In this document: positions 1-9,695 of the stretch, piece by piece | How the letters are laid out: each line of letters starts with the position of its first letter | How positions within the stretch are numbered: position 1 is the first letter of the stretch | Origin: Candidatus Omnitrophota bacterium | GTDB lineage: Bacteria; Omnitrophota; Gorgyraeia; JAHJTE01 | Length of the DNA: 64,000 nt | Direction: 5' to 3' | NCBI GenBank assembly: GCA_040753675.1 | Contig: JBFMEB010000002.1 | Location: 41,888 to 105,887 of the forward strand | The notes under the pieces: model-generated | Told to the model about the DNA's origin: nothing | Seen by the model: the letters and a program-made list of their open reading frames with translations, nothing else | Database searches by the model: none | Translations under genes and position numbers: made by a program

Positions 1-1
1 T

Positions 2-559
2 ACTGATGTAGGTTTAACCGTAGGAGTTTTGCCATTCGAAAAATTAAATTTAGAAGTAGGATTTGATCTTAATGAGCCCACAGACGACCCTCTATCGTTT
101 AATGCTAAATTTGGTACGCCTGAAAATGCATTATTTAAAGATTCGCCAGCATTAAATTTAGGTATTTTTAATGTTGGTACACAGGAGGATGTGACAGACT
201 ACAATATTGTAGATTTTATTGTGGGTAAAACCCTGTCAAAGAAATTAGGCAGGCTTCATGTTGGTGGATATGTGGGTTCTAATACCTTAAAAAATTCAGG
301 CGGACAAGTAAAGAATGAAGGTTTTATGTTGGGTTATGATTATGGGTTTTGTCCGGTCAAGGATGAAAAAGGCGAATTTAATAGATTTGTCCTGGCTGCT
401 GACTATGCCAGCGGCAAGAATGCCATAGGCGGTGGCGGAGTAGGTATGTATACCTATTTTACTCGCAATATTGATTTACTAATGGGGCCAGTTTGGTTTA
501 ATGACCAAGGCTTAAATGGGAACTGGAAGTGGACTGTGCAACTTGATATTAATTTTTAA
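2..559 (+). CDS. Outer-membrane beta-barrel/porin-like protein, 5'-truncated by the window edge
   Basis: Frame is open from position 2 (TDVGLTVGVLPFEK...); amphipathic strands, C-terminal aromatic (QLDINF); sits directly upstream of amtB. Confidence 0.55.
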   Translation, partial: TDVGLTVGVLPFEKLNLEVGFDLNEPTDDPLSFNAKFGTPENALFKDSPALNLGIFNVGTQEDVTDYNIVDFIVGKTLSKKLGRLHVGGYVGSNTLKNSGGQVKNEGFMLGYDYGFCPVKDEKGEFNRFVLAADYASGKNAIGGGGVGMYTYFTRNIDLLMGPVWFNDQGLNGNWKWTVQLDINF

Positions 560-588
560 AAGAAAAATAGAAAGGAGGAGAAAATAAA

Positions 589-1914
589 ATGGATATGCAA
601 GTGGTGATGAATACGATTTGGGTTTTAGTTACTGCGAAGTTGGTCTTCTTTATGAATCTGGGCTTTGCTATGGTAGAATCTGGCTTTGCCCGTGTTAAAA
701 ACTGCGTAAACATACTATCTAAGAATTTTATTGTTTTTGCTGTCTCGTCTTTAGGGTTTCTCTTGTTGGGCTGGGGATTGATGTTTGGCGACGGAAGTCC
801 TTTTATTGGATTAAAAGGATTATGGTTTGCAAGTGGTCTAGATAACTCACCTGCGACTGGTAGCGCTTATCAGGGTGTTTATTCATCAATTGCCTGGACA
901 GCTGTGCCTTTCTGGGCAAAATTTTTCTTTCAGCTTGTCTTTTGTGGTACAGCTGCAACCATTGTTTCAGGCGCTGTTGCAGAGCGAATTAAATACAAAT
1001 CATTTATTCTATTTTCATTTATTATGACTATGTTTATCTATCCTATAGTTGGTCATTGGATTTGGGGTGGCGGATGGTTAGCGCAAAAAGGAATGTTTGA
1101 TTTTGCTGGTTCAACGGTGGTCCACTCTGTTGGTGGTTGGGCAGCTTTGGCTGGCGTATTGTTGCTTGGTCCAAGGTTTGGTAAATACAACAATGGTAAG
1201 ATTAATCCTATTCCAGGTCATAATCTTTCCTTAGCGACATTAGGAACGTTTGTATTATGGTTTGGATGGTTCGGTTTTAATCCTGGCTCAACGATGAGCG
1301 CAGATCCTATGGCAATAAGCCATATTGCTATCACTACCAATACTGCAGCTGCAGCAGCAATAATGAGCTCTACTATTATTTCTTGGATTATATTAGGTAA
1401 GCCAGATTTAGGCATGACGCTTAACGGTTGCCTTGCTGGCCTTGTTGCTATAACTGCGCCTTGTGCTTTTGTAAGTGTAGGTAGCTCTATAATTATCGGC
1501 TTGATTGCCGGTATATTAGTGGTGTTGGCAGTTATCTGTTTTGATAAAATAAAAGTTGATGACCCTGTTGGCGCTTTATCTGTACATTTAGTAAATGGTG
1601 TTTTCGGCACTCTGGCTGTTGGATTATTTGCCCAAGATAAACTGACTGGTACAGCCACTGGAAATGGGCTATTTTTTGGAGGTGGACTTAAGTTATTTAA
1701 TGCGCAGTTGATGGCTGTTATTAGCGTTGCCTTATTTACTTTTATTGTCTCACTTATTAGCTGGGCGATTTTAAAAGCAACTATGGGTATTAGAGTGAGT
1801 TTACAAGAAGAGATTGAAGGCTTGGATATTGGAGAACATGGAAATTCTGCCTATCCTGAATTTTTAGGCCGTAAACCAAGCTATTCCTTCTTAGGGATTA
1901 AGGCTGAAGAATAA
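589..1914 (+). CDS. amtB: Ammonium transporter
   Basis: Motifs DFAGSTVVHSVGGW, LWFGWFGFNPGS, DDPVGALSVHLVNG; GGAGG RBS. Confidence 0.97.
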   Translation: MDMQVVMNTIWVLVTAKLVFFMNLGFAMVESGFARVKNCVNILSKNFIVFAVSSLGFLLLGWGLMFGDGSPFIGLKGLWFASGLDNSPATGSAYQGVYSSIAWTAVPFWAKFFFQLVFCGTAATIVSGAVAERIKYKSFILFSFIMTMFIYPIVGHWIWGGGWLAQKGMFDFAGSTVVHSVGGWAALAGVLLLGPRFGKYNNGKINPIPGHNLSLATLGTFVLWFGWFGFNPGSTMSADPMAISHIAITTNTAAAAAIMSSTIISWIILGKPDLGMTLNGCLAGLVAITAPCAFVSVGSSIIIGLIAGILVVLAVICFDKIKVDDPVGALSVHLVNGVFGTLAVGLFAQDKLTGTATGNGLFFGGGLKLFNAQLMAVISVALFTFIVSLISWAILKATMGIRVSLQEEIEGLDIGEHGNSAYPEFLGRKPSYSFLGIKAEE

Positions 1915-1956
1915 TTAAATTTTTAGCTCGAGATAATCTATAATTGGAGGTTAAAT

Positions 1957-2295
1957 ATGAAGAAGATTGAAGTGATTATTCGTCCTGAAAAACAAGAGGC
2001 AGTACGGCTTGCTTTAGAAAAAGCAGGATGTTCTGGCCTGATGATTAGCGAGATAGAAGGACATGGCAAACAAAAGGGAGTTGTTCAGCAGTGGCGAGGT
2101 GAGAAGTATAAATTGGAACTCTTGCCAAAGATAAAGATAGAGACTGTGGTTAAAGATTCAGAGGTTGAACGTGTTAGTAAGGTTGTCCTTGAGAGTGCCA
2201 AAACTGGAGAAATAGGGGATGGTAAGATTTTTATCTCGAACATTGAAAATGCAATTAGAATAAGGACTGGCGAGAAAGGAGACACTGCACTTTAA
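1957..2295 (+). CDS. glnK: P-II nitrogen regulatory protein
   Basis: 112 aa, T-loop WRGEKY, TGEIGDGKIF, IRIRTGE; adjacent to amtB. Confidence 0.93.
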   Translation: MKKIEVIIRPEKQEAVRLALEKAGCSGLMISEIEGHGKQKGVVQQWRGEKYKLELLPKIKIETVVKDSEVERVSKVVLESAKTGEIGDGKIFISNIENAIRIRTGEKGDTAL

Positions 2296-2364
2296 AAAAA
2301 TTAGGTTACCAAAACAGGTCAAATTTTACTTAATATATAGTAAGAACAGAGAGCATATAATTTA

Positions 2365-2437
2365 GGCACATTGTGGTGCTGGCATAAGCAAAATTAGAAG
2401 AACAGAGGCGTTCGAGAGAACGCCTTTTTGTTTTTTT
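2365..2437 (+). promoter_or_regulatory. Putative ANTAR-type dual-hexaloop antitermination element with overlapping intrinsic terminator in the glnA leader
   Basis: GGCAC-ATTGTG-GTGCT (2365-2380) and GAAC-AGAGGC-GTTC (2400-2413), both loops A1/G4; second hairpin overlaps terminator AGGCGTTC-GAGA-GAACGCCT plus T-tract (2406-2437). Confidence 0.65.
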
Positions 2438-2471
2438 AGATAAGCAAATCAAATATAGGAGGGAGTTTGAA

Positions 2472-3977
2472 ATGCCAAAAAAAACAAAGCAACTAAAAGA
2501 AGTAAAAACAAAAAATCCGCTCATAAACGGTTCTTGCGATGAGAGAGCAGCCAGAGAAGTGACGAAGCTGATTAAAGATAACAATATCCAAATTGTGGAT
2601 TTGAAATTTAATGACCTGCCTGGATTATGGCAGCACTTTTCTATTCCTGCTACTGAATTATCCGAAATGGATGATATCACTCGCTCTATCTGGGTTGATG
2701 GTATAGGTTTCGACGGTTCTTCCATCCGCGGTTTTCAGAAAATCCAGGAATCAGACATGATTTTAATCCCTGATCCAGCAACAGCAATTATTGACCCTGT
2801 CTGCGAAGTGCCTACATTAAGTATTATCTGCGATATTTACGATCCTTTGACTCGTAAGCCTTATACTCGCGACCCGCGTTATATTGCAAAAAAGGCAGAA
2901 AAATACCTTAAAGATAGCGGCATTGCTGATGCGGTTTACTTTGGGCCTGAGGCAGAGTTTTTTATCTTTAACAGCGTGCGTTTTGACCAGACTGAAAACG
3001 CAGGTTATTACTATATTGATTCGCAGGAAGCAGATTGGAATACGGGAAGAGACGAGAATCCTAACTTGGGATATAAGATTCGTTTTAAAGAGGGGTATTT
3101 TCCTGTTCCGCCGCATGATTCTATTCAGGATTTAAGAAGCAGGATAATCTTGAAAATGAAAGAATCAGGCATTAATGTTGAAGTCCACCATCATGAGGTT
3201 GCTACTGCCGGCCAGTGCGAGATTGATATGAAATTCGATAAACTGACCAAGATGGGTGATAACCTGTTGCTTTACAAATATATTATTAAGAATATGGCAA
3301 GAAAGGCAGGCATGGTTGCCACATTTATGCCTAAGCCGCTTTTTGCAGATAATGGTTCTGGCATGCACTGCCATCAGAGTCTATGGAAGAACGGCGTAAA
3401 CCTGTTTTATGATAAAAAGGGTTATGCTTTGCTTTCGCAGACTGCTAAATATTACATTGGAGGCCTGTTAAAGCATGCCAATAGTTTAATGGCATTCTGT
3501 GCACCGACGACAAATTCCTACAAGAGATTAGTGCCGGGTTATGAGGCGCCGGTAAATTTAGTTTATTCTGCAAGGAATAGGTCCGCAGCAGTAAGAATTC
3601 CTATGTATACGGATAACCCCAAATCAAAGAGAATTGAATTCCGTCCTCCTGATCCTGCCTGTAACGGATACTTAGCTTTCAGCGCTATGCTTATGGCAGG
3701 CCTTGATGGCATACAGCATAAAATTGATCCAGGCGAACCTCTGGATGTTGACCTTTTTGAATTGAGCGAAGAAGAGATGGCTAAGATAGCCACGGTTCCT
3801 TCTTCTTTACGACGGGCAGTAGACGCCCTGGAAACTGACCATGATTATCTTTTAAAAGGCGGAGTATTTACCAAAGATGTTATTGATATCTGGCTTGAGT
3901 ATAAGCGCAAAAAAGAGATAGACCCGGTTAGGATGCGTCCTAATCCGTACGAGTTCTATCTGTACTTCGATATTTAA
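2472..3977 (+). CDS. glnA: Glutamine synthetase type I
   Basis: [49 protein letters not shown]. Confidence 0.98.
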   Translation: MPKKTKQLKEVKTKNPLINGSCDERAAREVTKLIKDNNIQIVDLKFNDLPGLWQHFSIPATELSEMDDITRSIWVDGIGFDGSSIRGFQKIQESDMILIPDPATAIIDPVCEVPTLSIICDIYDPLTRKPYTRDPRYIAKKAEKYLKDSGIADAVYFGPEAEFFIFNSVRFDQTENAGYYYIDSQEADWNTGRDENPNLGYKIRFKEGYFPVPPHDSIQDLRSRIILKMKESGINVEVHHHEVATAGQCEIDMKFDKLTKMGDNLLLYKYIIKNMARKAGMVATFMPKPLFADNGSGMHCHQSLWKNGVNLFYDKKGYALLSQTAKYYIGGLLKHANSLMAFCAPTTNSYKRLVPGYEAPVNLVYSARNRSAAVRIPMYTDNPKSKRIEFRPPDPACNGYLAFSAMLMAGLDGIQHKIDPGEPLDVDLFELSEEEMAKIATVPSSLRRAVDALETDHDYLLKGGVFTKDVIDIWLEYKRKKEIDPVRMRPNPYEFYLYFDI

Positions 3978-3978
3978 T

Positions 3979-4032
3979 GCACAGATGATCACTGATAAAT
4001 AAACAGATGATCACAGATCTTTATCTGCGATT
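3979..4032. repeat. Intergenic ACAGAT/ATCTG short-repeat element
   Basis: cacagatgatcactgat...aacagatgatcacagat...atctgcg; related copy at 9588-9677. Confidence 0.6.
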
Positions 4033-4035
4033 AAA

Positions 4036-4728
4036 ATGATTTTAATCATCAAGCATATTGAAATAGAGGGGCCAGGCAGTATTGAGGAGTTTTTCCGAAA
4101 TACTAACTGGCGTCTTCAGACTGTTAACTTGGCTCAAGGAGAAAGATTGCCTAATAGCTTTAAAGATATAGAAGCAATAATAACTTTAGGCGGCCCAATG
4201 AATGTTTATGAGGAAGATAAATATCCGTTTTTAAAAGATGAGAATGAATTTTTAAAAAATGCAATTAAAGAACAAGTACCTATCCTAGGAATATGTTTAG
4301 GGGCGCAGCTTTTAGCTAAGGCAGGTGGAGCAAAAGTAAGAAAAGCAGCAAAAGAAGAAATAGGCTGGTATAAAATTAATCTTACAAAAGACGGGTTAAA
4401 AGATAATTTATTTTCAGGACTTAAAGAAAAAATTGACGTATTTCAATGGCATGAAGATACATTTGATATACCAAAACAAGGTGTTTTGTTAGCGAACTCA
4501 GAAACTTGTAAGAATCAGGCTTTTCGCCTGGGGTCTAATGCCTATGGACTACAATTCCATTTTGAGGTAACGGCTGATATGATTGAAGATTGGACTAAAG
4601 AATATAAAAGAAATGGCGAATTTAAAGGAAAGGCATTGGAGATGATTACGTTATACAATAAACTCAAAACGGATTTCGAGTATCAGGCCAATTTAATAAG
4701 CTTAAATTTTAGTAGATTTATAAAATAA
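4036..4728 (+). CDS. Class I glutamine amidotransferase-like protein
   Basis: LGGPMNVY, GICLGAQ (Cys), QFHFE (His-x-Glu triad). Confidence 0.9.
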   Translation: MILIIKHIEIEGPGSIEEFFRNTNWRLQTVNLAQGERLPNSFKDIEAIITLGGPMNVYEEDKYPFLKDENEFLKNAIKEQVPILGICLGAQLLAKAGGAKVRKAAKEEIGWYKINLTKDGLKDNLFSGLKEKIDVFQWHEDTFDIPKQGVLLANSETCKNQAFRLGSNAYGLQFHFEVTADMIEDWTKEYKRNGEFKGKALEMITLYNKLKTDFEYQANLISLNFSRFIK

Positions 4729-4780
4729 AATGATGAGTTTTTTTATTTAACCGTGCCCAAAATTTAGGCAGAGGTGAGAG

Positions 4781-5014
4781 ATGGAAGAAAAAGATAATAT
4801 TCACGTAAGTAATGAATGTATTTTTCTTAGCCAGAGGGGACGAGTTTACAGAGAAAGGGTTGAGCAGTTAGAAAAGCAATTAATTGAAAATGCATTGGAA
4901 CATTCTAACGGCAATCAATTATTAGCAGCAAAGATATTAGGGCTTAATCGTAATACGCTGCGCACGAAAATAAAAAAATTAAATATTAATGTAGGCGAAT
5001 TCAAGAGATTATGA
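4781..5014 (+). CDS. Stand-alone Fis/NtrC-type helix-turn-helix protein
   Basis: ALEHSNGNQLLAAKILGLNRNTLRTKIKKL; stop overlaps gltB start (ATGA). Confidence 0.85.
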   Translation: MEEKDNIHVSNECIFLSQRGRVYRERVEQLEKQLIENALEHSNGNQLLAAKILGLNRNTLRTKIKKLNINVGEFKRL

Positions 5015-8000
5015 GCAATTATCATTTTCCTAAAAAACAAGGGCTTTATGACCCTATCTTCGAGCATGATAGCTGCGGGGTTGGTTTTGTCTGCGATATC
5101 AAAGGTAGAAAATCCAATGATATTATCAGAAAAGGAATCGAAGTATTAGAGGCACTAAGCCATAGGGGAGCAGTGGGCGCAGACCCCCAGACTGGAGACG
5201 GAGCAGGTGTTTTAATTCAGATTCCGCATGAGTTCTTTTTAAAAGCCTGCAGCGATTCTAAGATTGATTTGCCAAATGCTGGCTCATATGCAACTGGGCT
5301 GGTTTTTTTGCCGACAGATTCAGGGGAACGGCAATTCTGTAAAAATGTTTTTTTAAAAATTATAAAAGAAGAAGGGCAAAATCTGCTTGGTTGGCGCAAA
5401 GTTCCAGTTAATGACTCTTGTATAGGAAAAACTGCCAAAGAAACCCAGCCCATTATCGAACAAGTGTTTATTTCCTTTGCTACTAAAAGTAACATGACAG
5501 AAGAGAATATCCTGGCTTTTGAGCGCAGCCTCTATTGTATTAGAAAACAGATAGAAAATATAATCCGCAATTCTCATTTAAAACAAAAATCTCAATTTTA
5601 TATTACTAATCTTTCCACCCGCACATTTTCTTACAAGGGCTTATTAAAGCCAGAACAGTTGGATAATTTTTTTATCGACCTAAAAGAGCCAAGTATCCAA
5701 AGTTCAATAGCGCTTGTCCATTCTCGCTATAGCACTAATACTTTCCCTACGTGGGATTTAGCTCAGCCATTTCGTTTTCTGGCGCATAATGGAGAAATTA
5801 ATACGCTCCGGGGTAATATAAGCTGGATGAGGGCTAAGGAAAGTCTTTTAAAAAGCAACTTGTTTGGGAAAACAATAGAAAAACTTAAGCCAATAATTAC
5901 CCCTGGCGGAAGCGATTCTGCCAGCTTAGACAATGTATTTGAATTGTTAGTTCTTTCAGGCAGGTCTTTGGCTCATGCGATGATGATGCTTATCCCCTCG
6001 GCCTGGGAACAGAATAATTTTTTAGACGATGAGTTAAGATATTTTTATGAATTCCATGCCTGTTTGATGGAGCCGTGGGATGGTCCGGCGAGCATTGCTT
6101 TTACAGATGGCGTGCGTGTCGGCGCAGTCTTGGATAGAAACGGCCTGAGGCCAGCGCGCTATATTCTGACTAAAGATGATCTTGCGGTAATGGCTTCTGA
6201 AGTTGGGGTGCTTGATATAAAACCGCAGGACATTGCTTATTCCGGAAGGCTTGAGCCGGGAAAGATTTTGTTTGTTGATACTCAACAAGGCCGTATCATT
6301 GAAGATGCCAAACTTAAGGAAAACATCTCTAAGAGAAAACCATATAAAAAATGGATTAAGGAAAATCTGATAGATATTGAGAATTTGCCTGTTGCTAAAG
6401 GAAAAGAAAAGAAGGTAGAGGATATTCTTATTGCTATGAAGGCTTTTGGCTATACAAGAGAAGACTTAAAAGTAATTGTAAAACCTATGGCCGAGAACGG
6501 ATATGAGCCAACCGGCTCTATGGGGAATGATACTCCACATGCCTTGCTTTCACAAAAGCCCAGGATGCTTTACGATTATTTTAAACAGCTTTTTGCTCAG
6601 GTCACCAACCCTGCTATTGATCCAATTCGTGAAGAATTAGTAATGAGTCTGGATTGCTTTATGGGCAGCCATAAAAACCTTCTGGAAGAAACAGCCGGCC
6701 ATTGTCGCAAAATTCACCTTAAAAATCCGATATTGACAAACGAGGAATTAGAAAAACTGCGCCATATTAATCAACCCGGATTTAGAACAAAGACTATTTC
6801 TATTCTGTTTAAAGTGCAAGCTAAAAATGGTCTTAAAGGTGCTCTTTCAAGAATCTGCCGTCAGGCTGAAGCAGCAATCAAAAAAGGTTACAACCTTATT
6901 ATCCTTAGCGACCGTCTGGTTAATAAAGACTATGCTGCTATTCCTGCGCTTTTGGCAATAGGAGCAGTGCATCAATATCTGGTAAAGAAAAGAAATCGTT
7001 CCAAGGTCGCTTTGATTCTAGAGAGTGCTGAACCAAGGGAGGTGCATCATTTTGCACTTCTTTTCGGTTACGGTGCCGGCTGTGTTAATCCTTACCTGGC
7101 GTTTGAAACTATTGAATATCTTTGGAAAAATGGAGAACTTAAACTGGGAAGAAATAAGTCAAAGGACAACTATATCAAAGCCATTAATAAAGGAATTTTA
7201 AAGATTCTCTCGAAAATGGGTATTTCCACATTACAGAGTTACCGCGGAGCACAGATTTTCGAGGCATTAGGAATACACTCTTCTGTAATTGAGCAATGTT
7301 TTGCTGCTACCACCAGCAGAATAGGAGGCGTAACCTTAGAGGTAATTGAGCAAGAGATTATAATTCGGCACAAGCAGGCATATAGCCAATATGGCAGTGA
7401 ATCGGTGCTTTCTAGCGGCGGAAAATATCAATGGAAGAGAGACGGCGAGTTTCATCTGTGGAATCCTGAAACAATCGCATCTTTGCAAGATTCAACCAGG
7501 GAAAATAATTATAATAAGTTCAAAGAATTCAGCCAACTTATAGATGACCAGTCAAAAAATCCGACTACTCTACGCAGTCTATTTAAGTTTTCCGCCACAA
7601 ATCGTGGCGGATCCGCCTCCGGCGGAAAGAGAATAGTTCCAATACCCCTTGAGGAGGTTGAGCCGGTTGAGCATATATTTAGGCGTTTTGCTACAGGAGC
7701 AATGAGTTTTGGTTCGATTAGCCGTGCAACACATGAGACATTAGCCATAGCGATGAATAGATTAAGAGGCCGTTCCAATACCGGCGAAGGAGGAGAAGAT
7801 CCACTGCGGTTTACGCCACTGCCCAATGGCGATTCTACCTGTAGTGCAATAAAACAAGTAGCTTCAGGCAGGTTCGGAGTAACAACTAATTATCTGATTA
7901 ATGCCGAAGAGATACAGATAAAGATTGCGCAGGGCGCCAAGCCAGGCGAAGGGGGCCAGCTCCCTGGACATAAGGTCAGCGCAATAATAGCGCGGACGCG

Positions 8001-9585
8001 CTATACCACTGCTGGCGTAACTTTGATATCTCCACCTCCACATCATGATATTTACTCTATTGAAGATTTGGCACAGTTGATTTTTGATTTAAAGAACGTG
8101 AATCCGCAGGCACGCATAAGCGTAAAATTAGTTTCTGAAATAGGCGTTGGGACTATTGCTGCAGGTGTAGCAAAAGGCCATGCTGATATGATATTGATTT
8201 CAGGAGGTGACGGCGGAACCGGCGCTTCTCCGATAAGTTCTATTATGCATGCAGGCCTGCCTTGGGAATTAGGTTTGTCAGAGACTCATCAGACATTGGT
8301 GCTGAATAATTTAAGAAGCAGGGTACGGCTTCAGACAGATGGCCAGATGAGGACAGCCAGAGACGTTGCCATTGCTGCAATTCTCGGAGCTGAAGAATAT
8401 GGTTTCTGCACAGCGGCTTTAATTGTATTAGGATGCGTGATGTTGCGGCATTGCCACCTTAATAATTGTTCTGTAGGTATTGCAACGCAGGATGAGGTTT
8501 TAGAGGAAAGGTTCGCTGGCAGAGTTGAATACGTGATTAATTATTTTAATTTTGTTGCCAGCCACCTTCGCGAAATTATGGCGAACTTGGGAGTAAGGAC
8601 TATAGACGAATTGATTGGCAGGACTGATCTTTTAGAACTTAATAGAGAGATACTCCCCTGGAAAGCGGGAAAAATTGATTATTCAAACATATTATTTAAA
8701 CCGAAAGTTCCTAAAAGCGTAGGTGTTTATTGCAAGGTTAAACAGGATCATAATATCGAGCATATTTTGGATAGAAAATTAATTTCACTTTCAAAGGCTG
8801 CGTTAGAAAGAAGAGAAACAGTGAGATTAGACTTTCGTATTACAAATTTGGATAGAACTACCGGAGCAATGTTAAGTGGAGAGGTTTGTAAGACTTTTGG
8901 CGAAGAAGGATTACCGCAAGATACTATTAATTGTAAATTCAGAGGTGTTGCTGGCCAGAGTTTTGGAGCATTTTTAGCAAAAGGCATAACTTTCCAACTT
9001 GAGGGTTTAGCCAATGATTATGTAGGAAAAGGAATTTCAGGTGGTAAAATTATTATTTATCCATACGAGACCAGTACGTATATCCCAGAAGAAAATATTA
9101 TTATAGGCAATACTTGTTTTTACGGCGCAATTTGTGGAGAAGCTTATATTAGAGGAATTGCCGGGGAAAGATTTTGCATAAGAAATTCTGGGCTATTGGT
9201 TGTGGTAGAAGGAGTGGGAGACCATGGCTGTGAGTATATGACTAGTGGGAGAGTTGTAATTTTAGGTAAGACTGGCCGCAATTTTGCTGCCGGCATGTCT
9301 GGCGGCATTGCCTATTGTTTTGACGAAGATGAAAATTTTAGAGAAAAGTGCAATATGGATATGGTAGAACTTATGCAGTTGGATAGCGATGATGAAAAAT
9401 TTATTTATAATTTAGTCTATAATCATCACAAATATACACAAAGTAATAAGGCGAAAGATATTCTTGATAATTTTAAACAACAAAAAGAAAAATTTATTAA
9501 AGTTATGCCCAAGGGATATAAGAGAATTTTAGCGGGTAAGCAAGTAGAAGAGAAATTAGGCTTGGCAGAGGTGCTAGATGGCTGA
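5011..9585 (+). CDS. gltB: Glutamate synthase large subunit
   Basis: EHDSCGVGF N-terminus, HSRYSTNTFP, QIKIAQGAKPGEGGQLPG, Cys cluster GCVMLRHCHLNNC. Confidence 0.98.
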   Translation: MSNYHFPKKQGLYDPIFEHDSCGVGFVCDIKGRKSNDIIRKGIEVLEALSHRGAVGADPQTGDGAGVLIQIPHEFFLKACSDSKIDLPNAGSYATGLVFLPTDSGERQFCKNVFLKIIKEEGQNLLGWRKVPVNDSCIGKTAKETQPIIEQVFISFATKSNMTEENILAFERSLYCIRKQIENIIRNSHLKQKSQFYITNLSTRTFSYKGLLKPEQLDNFFIDLKEPSIQSSIALVHSRYSTNTFPTWDLAQPFRFLAHNGEINTLRGNISWMRAKESLLKSNLFGKTIEKLKPIITPGGSDSASLDNVFELLVLSGRSLAHAMMMLIPSAWEQNNFLDDELRYFYEFHACLMEPWDGPASIAFTDGVRVGAVLDRNGLRPARYILTKDDLAVMASEVGVLDIKPQDIAYSGRLEPGKILFVDTQQGRIIEDAKLKENISKRKPYKKWIKENLIDIENLPVAKGKEKKVEDILIAMKAFGYTREDLKVIVKPMAENGYEPTGSMGNDTPHALLSQKPRMLYDYFKQLFAQVTNPAIDPIREELVMSLDCFMGSHKNLLEETAGHCRKIHLKNPILTNEELEKLRHINQPGFRTKTISILFKVQAKNGLKGALSRICRQAEAAIKKGYNLIILSDRLVNKDYAAIPALLAIGAVHQYLVKKRNRSKVALILESAEPREVHHFALLFGYGAGCVNPYLAFETIEYLWKNGELKLGRNKSKDNYIKAINKGILKILSKMGISTLQSYRGAQIFEALGIHSSVIEQCFAATTSRIGGVTLEVIEQEIIIRHKQAYSQYGSESVLSSGGKYQWKRDGEFHLWNPETIASLQDSTRENNYNKFKEFSQLIDDQSKNPTTLRSLFKFSATNRGGSASGGKRIVPIPLEEVEPVEHIFRRFATGAMSFGSISRATHETLAIAMNRLRGRSNTGEGGEDPLRFTPLPNGDSTCSAIKQVASGRFGVTTNYLINAEEIQIKIAQGAKPGEGGQLPGHKVSAIIARTRYTTAGVTLISPPPHHDIYSIEDLAQLIFDLKNVNPQARISVKLVSEIGVGTIAAGVAKGHADMILISGGDGGTGASPISSIMHAGLPWELGLSETHQTLVLNNLRSRVRLQTDGQMRTARDVAIAAILGAEEYGFCTAALIVLGCVMLRHCHLNNCSVGIATQDEVLEERFAGRVEYVINYFNFVASHLREIMANLGVRTIDELIGRTDLLELNREILPWKAGKIDYSNILFKPKVPKSVGVYCKVKQDHNIEHILDRKLISLSKAALERRETVRLDFRITNLDRTTGAMLSGEVCKTFGEEGLPQDTINCKFRGVAGQSFGAFLAKGITFQLEGLANDYVGKGISGGKIIIYPYETSTYIPEENIIIGNTCFYGAICGEAYIRGIAGERFCIRNSGLLVVVEGVGDHGCEYMTSGRVVILGKTGRNFAAGMSGGIAYCFDEDENFREKCNMDMVELMQLDSDDEKFIYNLVYNHHKYTQSNKAKDILDNFKQQKEKFIKVMPKGYKRILAGKQVEEKLGLAEVLDG
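7589..7628. repeat. Double-palindrome (REP-like) element in frame within gltB
   Basis: TCCGCCAC-AAATC-GTGGCGGA followed by TCCGCC-TCC-GGCGGA; encodes SATNRGGSASGG. Confidence 0.65.
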
Positions 9586-9587
9586 AA

Positions 9588-9677
9588 GCACAGATGGGCA
9601 CAGATTTAGAAGTGACAGATTAGCACAGATAAAATTATCTGTGATCATCTGTTCATTTATCTGTGATCATCTGCGTA
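9588..9677. repeat. Intergenic ACAGAT x4 / ATCTG x4 inverted short-repeat element
   Basis: Four (C/G)ACAGAT units followed by four ATCTG(T/C) units, able to fold as an imperfect hairpin between gltB and gltD. Confidence 0.65.
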
Positions 9678-9695
9678 TTCGCCGGAGGCGAAAAG

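Noticed and set aside
2296-2471. Glutamine (glnA) riboswitch
   Set aside because: No three-way junction/E-loop pattern that I could match; the dual hexaloop explains the structure better
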